Origin: Dimorphilus gyrociliatus
Taxonomy: Eukaryota > Animalia > Annelida
Direction of reading: 5' to 3'
Assembly (NCBI GenBank): GCA_904063045.1
Contig: CAJFCJ010000020.1
Location: 1,108,916 to 1,172,915 of the forward strand
DNA: 64,000 nucleotides
The position numbers were made by a program, and so were the translations under genes. Every line of letters begins with the position of its first letter. Position 1 is the stretch's first letter. The notes beneath the pieces are model-generated. The model had not been told where the DNA came from, did not search any database, and saw nothing but the letters and a program-made list of their open reading frames with translations. This document shows, piece after piece, positions 26,371 through 40,394 of the stretch.

Positions 26371-28254
26371 TTAATCAAGTTCTTCTATATTTGGACCGTT
26401 TCCTTCATTATTATTTGTTTCTGCTCCTTGATAAATTCGAGTTATAATAGGCTTACAAAAGGACTCCAATTCCTTCATTTGATGATCGAATTCTTCTTTT
26501 TCAGCTGTTTGATTGTTATCCAACCATTCAATGACATAATTACATTTCTCCGTTACTTGATCCCTTTCCTGGGGGCTAATTTTGTCTTGTATTTTCTTAT
26601 CCGACATAGTTTGTTTCATATTATATGCATAAGATTCAAGAGTATTTTTCGAGCTTACTCTTTTCCTATGATTTTCATCTTCGTCTTTGAATCTTTCGGC
26701 GTCATCTATCATACTCTTTATATCTTTTTCGGAGAGTCTTCCTTTGTTATTACTTATCGTGATATTCTTGGAGTTCATCGTGCCCTTCTCGATGGCAGTT
26801 ACATTGAGAATGCCGTTGGCATCAATATCAAAGGTTACTTCAACTTGCGGGACGCCTCTAGGAGCTGGTGGTATTCCCGATAGGTCAAAAGTTCCCAAGG
26901 CATTACAATCCTTTGTCATTGCCCTTTCTCCCTCAAAAACTTGAATAGATACTCCTGGCTGATTATCGACATATGTGCTGAATGTCTGAGTTTCTTTCGC
27001 TGGCAGACGAGTACCTCGTTTCATTAGGGGTGTCATAACACCTCCAGCGGTTTCTATGCCAAGTGACAATGGGGTAACATCAATAAGAAGAACATCTTGG
27101 ACCACATCACTTTTATCACCAGAGAGGATAGCTGCCTGAACGGCTGCTCCATAGGCTACTGCTTCATCCGGATTGATGGATTGATTTAGCTGTTTACCAT
27201 TAAAGAAGTCTTGTAATAGTTGTCTAATTTTAGGTATTCTTGTTGATCCACCAACTAATACTATTTCATCGATTTTTCCTTTGTCAAGTTTTGCATCTCT
27301 CAAAGCTTTTTCTACTGGCTCTAAGGTTCCTCTGAATAAATCCCCACAAAGTTCTTCGAATCGAGCTCTTCCGATGGTTGAATGAAAATCGATACCCTGA
27401 TAAAGAGAGTCGATTTCTATCGTCGCTTGAACAGAGGCAGATAAAGCTCTTTTTGCTCTTTCACAGGCAGTCCTTAATCTTCTAAGAGACCTCTTATTGT
27501 CGCTTATGTCTAACTTATGTTTCCTTTTAAATTCTGCCATGAAATGTTTAACCAGTCTATCATCGAAATCTTCTCCTCCAAGATGAGTATCACCAGCTGT
27601 GGACTTTACTTCAAAAAGGCCACTGTCTATTGCGAGTATTGAGACATCGAACGTTCCTCCACCCAAGTCGAAGATAAGGACGTGTTTTTCATTATTAGCT
27701 TTTGTTTCAAGTCCGTAAGCTATTGCTGCGGCAGTGGGTTCATTTATTATTCTTAATACATTTAAGCCAGCGATGGTTCCAGCATCCTTTGTTGACCTTC
27801 TCTGTGCATCGTTAAAGTAAGCAGGAACTGTAATTACTGCATCTGTCACAGTCTCTCCTAGATATGACTCTGCTGTCTCTTTCATCTTTGTTAAAACCAT
27901 TGATGAAACTTCTTCCGGATAAAAGAGCTTACTTTCTCCTTTATATTCAGCTTTAATTCTAGGCTTTCCATCAGATTCAACTACTTGAAATGGCCATAGT
28001 TTAATATCACTTTGAACAGATTGATCCTTGTAGTTCCTTCCAATTAATCTTTTAGCATCGAAAATTGTGTTCTGTGGGTTTAATGCCACTTGATTTTTTG
28101 CAGAATCTCCAATTAAACGTTCACTATCAGTAAAGGCCACATAGCTGGGAGTAGTTTTATTTCCTTGATCATTAGCAATAATTTCTACTTTTCCGTGCTG
28201 AAGTACCCCGACACAGGAGTAAGTCGTGCCCAAATCTATTCCAATTGCTGGCAT
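26371..28254 (-). CDS. HSP70: Cytosolic heat-inducible HSP70, intronless
   Basis: [20 protein letters not shown] and [12 protein letters not shown] signatures; 627 aa; C-terminus GPNIEELD. Confidence 0.97.
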   Translation of the reverse strand: MPAIGIDLGTTYSCVGVLQHGKVEIIANDQGNKTTPSYVAFTDSERLIGDSAKNQVALNPQNTIFDAKRLIGRNYKDQSVQSDIKLWPFQVVESDGKPRIKAEYKGESKLFYPEEVSSMVLTKMKETAESYLGETVTDAVITVPAYFNDAQRRSTKDAGTIAGLNVLRIINEPTAAAIAYGLETKANNEKHVLIFDLGGGTFDVSILAIDSGLFEVKSTAGDTHLGGEDFDDRLVKHFMAEFKRKHKLDISDNKRSLRRLRTACERAKRALSASVQATIEIDSLYQGIDFHSTIGRARFEELCGDLFRGTLEPVEKALRDAKLDKGKIDEIVLVGGSTRIPKIRQLLQDFFNGKQLNQSINPDEAVAYGAAVQAAILSGDKSDVVQDVLLIDVTPLSLGIETAGGVMTPLMKRGTRLPAKETQTFSTYVDNQPGVSIQVFEGERAMTKDCNALGTFDLSGIPPAPRGVPQVEVTFDIDANGILNVTAIEKGTMNSKNITISNNKGRLSEKDIKSMIDDAERFKDEDENHRKRVSSKNTLESYAYNMKQTMSDKKIQDKISPQERDQVTEKCNYVIEWLDNNQTAEKEEFDHQMKELESFCKPIITRIYQGAETNNNEGNGPNIEELD

Positions 28255-28350
28255 AGTTTCTGTCGGTAACTTTCAGTTGCAAAAAGGTTTTTCAGTCTTT
28301 GTGTAACTTTCTCTTTCGAGTTGATGTCAGACATGCAATTTTGAGGTGGT

Positions 28351-28357
28351 TTTATAT
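28351..28357 (-). promoter_or_regulatory. TATA box of HSP70
   Basis: ATATAAA on the minus strand about 100 nt upstream of the ATG, proximal to heat-shock elements. Confidence 0.5.
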
Positions 28358-28473
28358 GTTTGAAGAAAGATTCAAGAAATTGCGGGATTTATCTAGAACA
28401 TTGTAAAAGTACGGAGTCCTGTTCCGTAGCTATTTTTACAAGTCAACTCTTTATAATGGAACAGGAGTATTTT

Positions 28474-28491
28474 TTCTAGAATGTTCTAGAA
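28474..28491. promoter_or_regulatory. Perfect four-unit heat-shock element
   Basis: TTCtaGAAtgTTCtaGAA (alternating nGAAn). Further partial units at 28371-28378, 28392-28403 and 28504-28520. Confidence 0.85.
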
Positions 28492-29775
28492 TATAGTAGA
28501 GTGTTCGAGCAATTCTGGAATACTCTTTCATAAATTAGAGGAATTTTTTTATTGGTTTTAAACAGAGGGTTAAAAATAAACTATATGAAATCTCACTTGA
28601 AAAATATATCTGATATATAAAACTTCTATTTAGATGTTATTCAAGTATCTAAAGTATATTAGGTATCTCTTTGTATCTTATATTTCTCTTATTCAGTAAG
28701 TAAGTAAGGAAATTATATGAATATAAAATACTAATCAACTTAAAAAAAAGTCTATTAAAACATTCAATACTCTTTCTTATTAATTAAAGAATGAGACTTT
28801 GATACTTCTTATGTAGAATTGTATTAACTCTAAATCAATTTGGATAAACGTCAGATATTATTCAATTTAACGTTAACAAACTAAGCGAAAATGTAATCTT
28901 AGAAAGTTTAAAATCAATAAAAAAGCACTTGTTGCAAATCAATAAATGGATCGTTTTATATTTTATTCTATATAATATCTATATATTTGAAATAATGTAT
29001 AATTTATACTGTATATATATATACATATATATGAAATTGAATTTTATTTATGTGTTAAATTCTTTATATTACTTATTTTTCTATCATAAAAAGACTATTT
29101 GGCAAGTAGATTATTATTTCAATGGTATATATTTATTTTCCTTTCAGTTACATTGAATGTTTTTTTTTCAAGGATACAAATTAAGACAATTCGAGGAAAC
29201 AAAAAATTTATAAATATATATTGCATATATACATATATACAATAATGTTTGTATATATATATATACATATATTAATACATTTAATTCAGTTAACATTGCG
29301 ATATAATTATGTAACACTGCAGTAAACAATAATATACAGCGATCAAATAAAAGTGTACATGGATAAGGCCACATAGAAACAATGCATAAAACTCCGCAGA
29401 AAACAAAGATTTAATTATTGGTGATAATTAAAAATCACAGATTGTTTTCCTCTTCAATATACAACAAAAAGGTATAACATAGCAAAGAGGGTCTGGAGGG
29501 CTAGGAATGTTTTATGTTATGACGATATATATATGCTTGTTTATTTAAACATGGGGAGATGATAAATTCAGGACTATGACATTCATTGTTTTTTGTTTTT
29601 TTTTTTTCATAGACAATATAGTATTTAAAGTTTTACTGAGAATTTTACAGCAATAGACCTTTAATGTTAATTGCTTAATTAATTTTGGCTTGATTTTGAA
29701 CGAGGGACGTTAAAAATTACTTTTTCTTCAGGTATGAACGGTTAAGCACCAAGATTGTGTTGGCTGGTCCCCTGA

Positions 29776-32700
29776 CTAAGTAATTAATAAAAAGACCGGC
29801 AAAAAGACAGCTGCAAATAATGTGCAAATGCTGGGAAGTAAAGCCGAGGATCGACCGCATTCCTCTGAATTCTCCTGTTATTTGACGTTAGTAATTATTA
29901 ATAGAAGAAAAAAAAATATTTGTCATTGAAAATAATCGGGTATACCCTGTCATGATGCGGATGGCACTGCTCCGGTCTCCTCCGGTATATATCGTACTGC
30001 AATCGTTGGCACATTATTGTGTCATTTAGTTTAATTTGCACTGGCTTCAAAGAAACTTGTATATCGGAATTGCAGTGTTTTCCCGTGCAAGGCTTTGTAA
30101 TTACTAACATTAAATTTGTTCTCGGTATCTCTTCAACATGATAAGACCTGTGACAAACATGTGGAAAAGGAAATGGCTAATTAGTAATTATTAGTTGATA
30201 CAATTCTTTTCTCTACCCTATTAAGCAAGTTAGGCTAAAAGTTACAAATACCAATGCATATATACAGTATAAATATGGTATATATATATGTAAATTTATA
30301 CATATGTATACGCGTGGTATTTGTCATTTAATTAGCATAAAAAGATAGTTTATATCTCTTATACTTTATTTTTTATACATAATTTATATGCATATATATA
30401 TATATAAACATATATATATACAATATATATATATATTTATATATGTATATAATTATTGTATTTTTTTAAAAGATATTCAGGAATAGAGGTTGGGAACCTT
30501 AACCAACACCATGCAGCGTTCAATCCGCAAATAAAAAGCTTGATATAACTATGATAAATTTTCGGTCACTGATTTGCTTCAGTTTAGATTTTTTTGTTTT
30601 TGTTTTTCTTTATACTTATCTTGAGCAGTGGCCATGTCATCATAACATGCCTGACATTCTTCTTCAGATAGGCATCTAATTTGTATTTAGGAATTTTAAA
30701 ATTTTCTCGAATATTGCACTTTTTTACTTACTCTAAGCAGCCATCAGCAGGTCCGCAAATAGGTTTCAGCTTTCCTCCCCGCCTTTTTGACCCAACTTGT
30801 CTAGTTAACGGTAATAGCTGAATACACTCTTCCCTTCCTGCTATTATATCTCCTTTGGTTTCTCTGATATGAGAAAGGGCTTTTTTGCAATGTTGGTCAC
30901 TCTTTTCAACGTAGTCTACTCCGGCAGTCAACATTTTTGTATGAAAATCTTCAGCAAAATCCGATCCGAAATAATCGCTCATTTTCTCAAGAATTTTACC
31001 AGTTTCTGGTGGGTTTTCGGGATCACAGATGGCCTCTTCTAGCTTTCCAGCTGAGCCATTAGGAGGAATTGTTTTTAAGACTATAAACTTTTACTAAATT
31101 TTGGCGAATTTTCATGCACTAATTTCGTTAGATAATTTTTCAATTTCAAACTTTCCGAAATAATCATGATTCTCTTTTTGGAATGATTAAAATATGACAA
31201 TGATAAAAGACGATCTCATGATTACTTCATCTCCTGTTTTGAATTTGATATTATCTAATAGAAAAACAAAACATTCTACCGAAATAAGAAGGTTAGTGAA
31301 CCCAAAATTAAACAAGTCGTGCTCTTTTAGTAAAAACAAGAAGATCTGCATGATGCTGGCCGTACAATTGTTTCAAAAAGACTCTTACACGTTTTTAAGT
31401 TGTCTGAACGTTTTTTGCTCATTTAGCTTTGACAAGCTATAAAGCTGAAGACATTTGCAATCAATATATCTCCAACTTTTTTTCGATGTCAAATCATCAA
31501 GAAAATCTAAAACTTGACCATAAGTTTCGTTCTCTCGTTTATGTAAATCCTGTCCGTAAGCTTGCAGCTTTTGTATCTGTCTTTTATTTTCTTTTAGCTT
31601 ATTGAGATGACTACTTAATAATTTCCGTAGATAGTTATCTTCTTTTGGAGAGAGTTTATTTATCAAGGTTTTTCGATCAGGCTCCTTCATGGTCTCACCT
31701 TCAAAATATGGAGGAACATTGAAAAGGGACAAGGATCGATCCACCGCCCATATTTGTAAAGGATAACCTTCACCATGTCACAAGTCACCTTTAGAACTTA
31801 CGATTCGTTTAATCCATTGTTGTCAAGATTGCTCTGATGCAGTAATAATCTACTAGTGGTGCACATTCGATATTCACTTCTATTCTTAGGAGATGCTATA
31901 ATTTTCAGATTTAGAAAAATATAAGTATAACAAGACGTGTTCAAAAACAAAATACAGCAGAATCCCCAAGAGAAAATAAAAAATATCCAGAAGCGACCAG
32001 TGACATGGTGGAGGACCTCTCAGAACAATTAACCTCAAGAAGATTCCCTCAATAAGCACAAGAAGTAATCTTCCAAAGATTTTGTTTTTAATAAAAATGA
32101 AATTAGTAGAAATAAAAAATGTTCTCATGCAAAGAAGTAAACCAAAAATAAAAAGAAAAGAAGAAATAATAAGATAAAAAAGAAAATAGTTCATGCTCCA
32201 ATTTGAATTAGATTTAAAATATATTAGATTTACAGATAAAAAATGTAATTCATTCGATAATTGACAACAATTCTTTAAAGTTTTATAAATACCTTCGATA
32301 CTCGACCAAGTATTCCAAATAGATTGAACGCCAAACTCGAATATAAATGTTCCTAGGCCGTGTAAAAGCCACACGACCGAGGTAAACAGTTTTTTAATAG
32401 GCTAAGTATAAGAAAGAGAAGATAATTGTTAATGTATAAAACTCGAAGAACAAACAGAAAAATCATATTCTAGAGTATTTATATATTACTTAATTAAGTT
32501 ACATAATCATTTAAGCAACTTACATCGGATATTAGAAAAGAAGCACTTGAAGAGCCAGGAAGTAACTTTTCACAAAGACCCTGATAATCTAATAATTGAA
32601 CTCTACAAAATAAAAAAAACATCCAAGGAAATACACTTATACAGGTAATTAATATATAAATTATTACGAACTCTTCGTAGATGTAATCATCTTTTTTATC

Positions 32701-35700
32701 GTATTCGTTTCTTCGAGTAAGTGCACTATACAAACTACCATCGTGTTCTCCTAGAAACTTGCCAATTAAATGTTTTTCACCATAGGCGAAAACAATATAT
32801 CCGTGACTGTCTACCAAATAACATTCAGTTTCATTTTTCTATAGAAAATAGTAAATGGAAATGGAGTTAATAAGTTTCGACTTTCTCTTTTTAATTAAAT
32901 AAAGAATTCTTCTTTTTAATATAGCTGACCTCGCAATAAGAACACTCTTGACAATCAGAATCGTTATATAATAGATCATAGAAATTTTCTAATTTCATTT
33001 GGAAACCAACAGCTGCTGTAATGCTTCCTTGGTCACTGGAATCATTTATCATAATAGCTTGAACGCCCGTAAGAACAGAAGAATAGATTTTTTCCTTATT
33101 ATTCTCTTCTTTCTTTTTATAAGGTACTGATAGCACCCATTTATTTGGGTGTTCGACTGCTCTCTTAAAATAATCCTCTTCAAAAGTTCCTTTGGCATCG
33201 CTCAAAGAGCTTTAAAAGGATTTTAGCAAATATTTTATAAAAAAATATAAGAAGTAATTAATTATTGTACCGATCTCTTAGGGTTTCATTTCCTAATACT
33301 ATTTCTTTTATTAAGCCAGATCTAGTTGCCAGGAAAATGTATTGGAAGCCTAGTCTGTTTCGGTAGAAAAAAGGGGGTAAATATATAATTAAACGTAGAA
33401 AACAGAGAAAAGCATACGATTCTGCTTCTTTAGCGTTTGTTGATTCGGCTCGATTTTCTTTTCTCCATTTGTCAGGAAAATCTTTTGTAATATTTGCGTC
33501 GTATCTTAACTTTCCTATTAGCTCAACGTCACATCTTGCTTTAAATTTCTCTTTCTCGCTTTTCTTAGCACCTTTTCTAGCGTATTTCATATATTTTATT
33601 AAATTAGAAATCGTTTTATTCTCATTCCTGTCGAATCTGCAGTACATCCAATCTGCTAAACGGGTACCTCTTTCCCTAAGATTCATTTCATCCTTGTCTG
33701 TTATTGGAAAAGTTTCTGGATCCATGGTAGCATTAAAACTATATTTTCCTAAATTCTTAGGAAATACAATAGCTAAACTAAACGGAGTGTCCTCAATAGG
33801 AGCAAAATAGTAGTCTTGCTCCCTAACAGCGATGCGTTTCTGTGATAAAATTATTTTTGTATAAATATGCGAAAGATGCTACTTCTGTAACGAATTTTAA
33901 TTACCATGTCATCAAAGTGAACTGTTACATTCATACTCTCCATTCCTTCTGTTCGATTTATCATCTTTCTCCTTAATTCCATATTGTAATTTGGTATTGC
34001 TAAGCTCTTTTCGTAAGCCATCCTTTCACTCTGCACAACTTCTAATTCTACTTCTGCTATATCAACGCTATTATAATTTGGTTTTATAATGTCCTGTCCA
34101 TTCTTTTTTGAGGTTGGCCTGAAATCCGGATGGAATAGCACGTAGCCATTATTTGTAATAGCAAAAGCATAACCATTAGGGCCCAGTTTATGGATAGGCG
34201 TTAGTCTGGTGAATTCGCTTAAGGGAACATCGGTTCCCATAACACCAAGAAGAATACCCTCTAATGCTGTTCGGTTTCTCTTGTCAAACACTGGTTTTGC
34301 GACGCTTGTCATTAAGTTTATACCCTATTTTAAAACGTATATGAACAATAAATATTTATGAGGGAGGGGATGCTCAATTACTGAATGGGGACCAACCTTT
34401 TCGGTGAAATGCTAAAGCGGTAAGGGAATAAAAAAAAAAGTATTATTTTTTCTCTGCCACCAATTAATCAACATAATTAACTTCATTTCAGAAAAAAACA
34501 TCACATTAAATCAAAAGAATAAAGATAAAGGTTGTTAAAGAAATATTAGAGAAGCAAAACGAAAAATACAACAGGCAATCATCCGTTTTCCTCTACTTTT
34601 TACACTTTTCTTTCTTGTCTTTCCCAATTTTCACCTACTAATTCTAATGAATCACCTCTAGTTCACTTCCGGCTGATAAATATACTTCAGTCCAAATAAC
34701 AATATTTGGTTGCTTTATCACCATCGGTCTGCTAGTTACTCGAACGTACATCTAGAAGAGGAAATGCTTTATGTGTTTTTCACCTTTCCTAATTCATACA
34801 TGATGATGGATTTAAAATAAGTACTGTATATTTTTTTCTATACGACACTACTACCGCAAAATGCTAGTGCAAATTGACAAAGCCATCCTAATTAGTTGGG
34901 CGGCTAAACCCTGAAAGTATAATAAAGGGTCACTTGTAACTGAGAAAAATTGTTAGAAATCCACCAATTAAATATTGAACAATCACTTTTCTTTATAGCT
35001 TTTAATAAATAGATAGACAGGTCGATTATTCTTTTATCCTACTAAATAGGAATTATCATTATAATCCTTTGATGAATGGGTACTTTTCATATAGTCAAAA
35101 TAACATGGTATGTTGCTTTATATCCACATGTCTCTTTTACTATTTCTTTAGCTAGTTTTTAATGAAAAGCTTTATGATACGATTGAAATGAATACATCTT
35201 CTATCTATCTATCTATCTGTCTATCTCTCTCTCTCTTTGTTTTCGCTAGATTATAACATTTCCCATGTTCATTTACCTAGACTTTTCTGTTGTATCTATT
35301 CTTTGCAGAACGGAATTATAGTTCCAATTAGAAGACACAACGTATAACGAAATATAGAAGAAAAACATTAGAAAATATAGAAATTGTTTTAAAGATAAAG
35401 AGTGTATAATATAAAATTGAAAAAAATAACAGAAATAAAAGGATTTGCTTTCGTGACGGTAAAAAGAAAAGGTAAAATGTGAAAGAAGAATTGAAAATTG
35501 TATTTTTTTTTTCTTCTTGTGCATGTTACAAAGAGAAGAAGAAGAAGAAGAAGAAAAAAAAATATATACATATATACAGTATATATATAAGAGATTGTGC
35601 TTTCTTATAAGAACAACAAACGTGTATGATTTGCAAGAAATATAGAAGTAAAGGGGATAAAAGTTGAAAAAAAGACATCGATTTTTGCATGCATAATATA

Positions 35701-38700
35701 TACCGCTTCATCGTTATAGACATTTGTCCAGATTGTATGATTCATACGTTTGATTACCATCGGTCTGCTTAGGACGTGCACGTAATCCTGGGATTTGTCA
35801 ATTGTCAATTAAAATACTACTATCGTTTACTATTGAACATTTTGTTAAACATGTCTACTCAATTAAAATATTACAGAAATTTTATGAAAATGATATAGAA
35901 ATATGAAAATGAAGAAGAAGAAAAGGAAAATTGAAAGGGGGATGGAGAAAGAAGAAGAATGAGAAGCAAAGATGGAAGTTGATGATAAAGTAAGAATAAA
36001 GAAGATTTTGTAAAAGACAGAGAGGAAAAGATAATATTTCTTTCATGATTATCGGTTTAAAATGATATAGTCATATAAATAATATAAAATACATCCTATA
36101 TTTTATAATAGGCTAGCAAATGCATAATGTTTGTTTTTCCGTAAGTCTTGATCGTCAATAAGTTATAAATAAGCTGTTGGCTATTTATCTAGGGCAATGA
36201 GAAAAAATGATGTTAAAGGCACCAACCTGAACGTGTTCTTGAACGTCCGCCAAAGTTGAAATATGGGAAAAGTATCCCTTATTAGCGCATGCCATCCACT
36301 TTGCGTGTTTCGAATCACCAACTTCTCTTCCTATTAAGTACGTAAATATCCGGACCTGCCAATATCGATTAATAAATCATTTGATTCTTTCATTAATACT
36401 ACTCAAGAAAATAAATGGAAAATAACGCTTTTGGTGTATTTATACGGCTTTGTCTTCATTTATTTCTAATTTTTTATATCATTACACATTTACCATTAAA
36501 ATATTTATAAGTCTATAAAACTTGTAAGTTTGCGTCGTTCGACGATCAATAGTACTATTTTTTATATTAGGGTAAATTGAAGAGACATTGACGGCTATTT
36601 GATAAATTACTAAGGGCTTTTTACATAGAGCCCCGAGCTGTGAAGGGAAAAAGGAAGGAAATTTTCGGCATTGAAATGGGAAAAAAAATGAAAAAAAAAA
36701 AACTTTAAAAGAAAAAAGAGAAATCGATTGAAAACTCGAAAAAATTGACTTAGTAATTTTAGTGTCACCCAAATGGATATTTTCTCCATCATCCAAAGTC
36801 CATTAAGAATGCCAATATGCTAGTTTAATCCCTATGGACTCTTCAATAAATTTAATGTTTCACCCCTTTCTCCTTGTGGACGAGTGGGCAGGGAAATTAG
36901 ATATTTAAAAGAAACAATTCTCTACACCATCCTCATCAATCGACTGTAAACATCCGAGTTTTTTTCTTTTCGTGTTCGCTCTACCAATGCATTAATTTTC
37001 ACTTGAAAGTAATAAAAACTCTCTTTTTTTTAAATATATATATATATAGAGCGTTTTTTTTATAATAAATTCATTTACGACGGATAGATATACTCTCTAC
37101 TATATCATGACATGTTAATCAGCTTTAAAATTTCACAACTTTTCTCCCCTATTAATTATTCTTAATAAAAGTATATTATCCCATGAATATTTTTATCTTT
37201 TAATCCAATTCCTTTCCCCTTCGTTTTTCCCTTTTCATCCTAGATGATTACTTTAATAAGATGGTTTTTAACTTATTAAACTTCAGAGTATTTAAGCTCA
37301 ACATCCTATAGTTATTCTTACATACTGTATAATTACGTTTATGAAAGAAAATTAATCAACTTACGTTAGCTTTTGGGGCCCAATTATACTTATCAAAAAC
37401 ATCTTCGTATGACTCTGGAGCACCGTCTGTTATTATCATAATCGCCTTATTGCAGTTTGTGGTTCTTTCCGTTTGATTTGCCTATTAGGAAAATTATATC
37501 GTTAATTCCCAGTGCTGTAAATATTTTTATCAGCATCTTTCCCCTGCGTAAAATCCTGAATTAACGATTCTTAATTCTAATCACTTTTTTTTCATTAAAA
37601 AAATCAGCTTTCAACTTAAAATCTATTTAGATTAGGTTTGCCCAGGCGTCTAAATCGCCTTAAAAAGGATTATAGGGGTAGGTTTTTGTTCGATTTATAG
37701 AACGCGATGTGTGTTAATATTGAGATATTAAGAAAGGGAGAAGGAAAAACAGAGGGAGATTAGAGAGAGAGAGAGAGAGAAAGAGAAAGGAGAAAGAAAA
37801 CTTGGAAAAAGTGAGATCAATGATCAATTTCAATAAGGAATTGTCCATTCGAGAGTTACAATATCTTCTTTAGTCTAATCAACTTATTGAATTTAGATAA
37901 GTAAAAAAGAAAAAGATTGAAAGGGAGGCTGTCGTCTTTTCAAAAGAAAATACAATATAAAAAAAACTATATAGTACATGTACAGTATATACCTATATTG
38001 AAAGAAATATATATATATATAGAGAGAGAGAAAGAAGAAGAAAGAGAAAAAAAGAGGGATTGGTCTATATTATTTGTTGCTCAAATTTGAATTTTCGATC
38101 GTTAAAGATCGATTTGGGATGAAAAAATATATACCCTTATAACATTACGCATCAATAAGTTCTATACAGCTGCTTAAAATCAAATAAAAACTCTAAAAAT
38201 CGATCCAATAACACTTACATTAGACAATAAAGAAAACGCTTCAATCAGAGCATCTTCAAATCTAGCGATATTCTGAGTTGTTATATCTTTTACTGAGTCT
38301 TTTAATTTCTTTTTATTATCTGCATTTGCTTGGATAAGTGTTCCGTTGAAGCACTCGTCCACATACTCTGGTCTTTCAGCAAACTTAAGAACATTGAAGA
38401 AGTCATTATCGCTCAGTGTGTCTAAGATTTTTTCTACTGTTGCCTTGGCTATTGCCATTCTTAATCCCGTCATGCTGCCGCTTGAGTCTACTAGGATTAC
38501 AACATCCTTAGGCGATGTGGCGGCTTGTATATACCTAGAAAAGGAAACACGATTTTAGACATTATAAACTATGATGGTAAAAAAAACACGATCTAAACAG
38601 CCGGGTGATTACTGAAATCGTAAAGTATCGTTCAGCGTAAATGACAGAGATTTACATATCGGAAAAGAAGACAATCTCCTACATTGATTGAGTAAATTAC

Positions 38701-39961
38701 AGAAACATAGAATTATATCCTATGAAAACTGTCATTTTAAAAGTTTCTTATCCTTTTTTATGAAACTACTTTGTTTTAAATTCTCTTTTTTTTCCCCGGA
38801 GCAACTTTGAACTCATCTGTACCAGGAGACGTAAGAAATTGACAAAACCTAAGTTCGCCTGTCGATAAAATCCCTCAAGGGTTTTTTTCGCTGTTCGTTT
38901 TGTCTTAATCGCCCTAAAACTGCAGCAATAATCTGTTACTGGAAAAAAATGACAGTAAAGACAGCAATTTCCTAGTCTAACCAAAAAAAATTTCTTTATT
39001 ATATAGAGTGCAGAGTAAATAATTGCTTCCTTTGAAGTACGTTGAACGAAACGTTTTCGTAATCTTTTATAATCACCCATAAAGCAACGTTTACTACATA
39101 TATCAGTCTATAGAAAAACATCAACAATAGCATGCACATATACATACATACATTCTCAAACACTCCTAATAGTTTGTCATGCGAAAATCAAGAACTAGCA
39201 AAAAATAGGATTGCAATTAACAAAAAATAAATTAAACGACAACGATGTCTATAGTCTTTGGGATAAGATGCTATAAAAACAAAGTAGGTGTATGCATGGA
39301 AATAGGGTATTGTGTTGGAAGAAACACACTACAGACGATAATGATGCATTATAGAAGAGAGAAGTACAATTTTTAAATCAATTATTTTAGTTTTGGGGAG
39401 GGGAAAAAGGGAGAAAGAAATGAAATTAGAGAGATATTACTTTTAAATTCTATTTTCTTTATATATTTATAAAGATATAAAGAATACTATCCTCCCAGAT
39501 TATAAAGGAAGATCTTACATATATATCAGCTATTGTACTATCGCCTTCTTTTATATCCTATCTAAACATTTCAGCTTTTTGGATTACTATTCTATTTTTT
39601 TCCTTTAAGAATTTTAAGTCTTTTTCTCTTCATTCTTTTTTTTCATTTATTAGTGAAAAAACCGAGTTTTTTCTCTTTAATGTATAAAATTATACATCAA
39701 AGGATTATAATAGAAAGGTTTAATATTAAAAGAACACGAATGAGTTTTTATCTCTCAAATTTCCCTTGACAGAATAACGAACAGACAACAAAGTGAAATA
39801 TCATATTCTCCCCTTACCATCCTCTATGTCTACAATCGAAGACGTCTACCCGTTTATTTTCGTAAAGGGTCCATCTAGTCCCTGTGTTTTTGTTTACAGA
39901 AACATGACAAGGTGCGAAAACAACAAACCGAAGACCAACCAAAAAGAATTTTTAATACATT

Positions 39962-40017
<56 letters not shown>

Positions 40018-40339
40018 AATGAGTCGATAAAAGCCCACAGATTATGAATTATATATGTATATATGGCATATGTGTCTTAGTCCCTGCGTAATTTTTATAT
40101 ACAGTATAAACTGTATCTCGGCTATACTATGAATAGCATTTACTTTCGTCAAATGGATATGTCATGTTCCGGTCTATCTCTTGGAAAGTTTTTTGAAAAC
40201 GGAAAGAATATATATATATATATATATATATATACTGTATATTGTATATACCTGGTTCTGAGATGCTATCAAAATTCATTTCCTAATTGTGTTATAATCA
40301 TCTTAAAAAGGATTTTTTTTCTGTATAGAATATATATAA

Positions 40340-40394
<55 letters not shown>

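Noticed and set aside
26428-26944. Plus-strand ORFs antisense to HSP70, and similar antisense ORFs over MSH2, alpha2delta, NUBP2, MRM2 and the 667-aa ORF
   Set aside because: Shadows of the codon structure of the real gene on the opposite strand; no motifs, mostly non-ATG starts.
36930-36950. Possible 18-nt alpha2delta microexon (SIDEDG) in the VWA domain
   Set aside because: Weak donor context, and the flanking exons join well without it; cannot be distinguished from chance.
38849-38913. Possible third, degenerate copy of the alpha2delta pair-1 exon (phase-1 acceptor, ..RDFIDRRT*)
   Set aside because: Similarity is weak, it ends in a stop and has no matching donor. It could be a poison exon, but the sequence alone does not support that.
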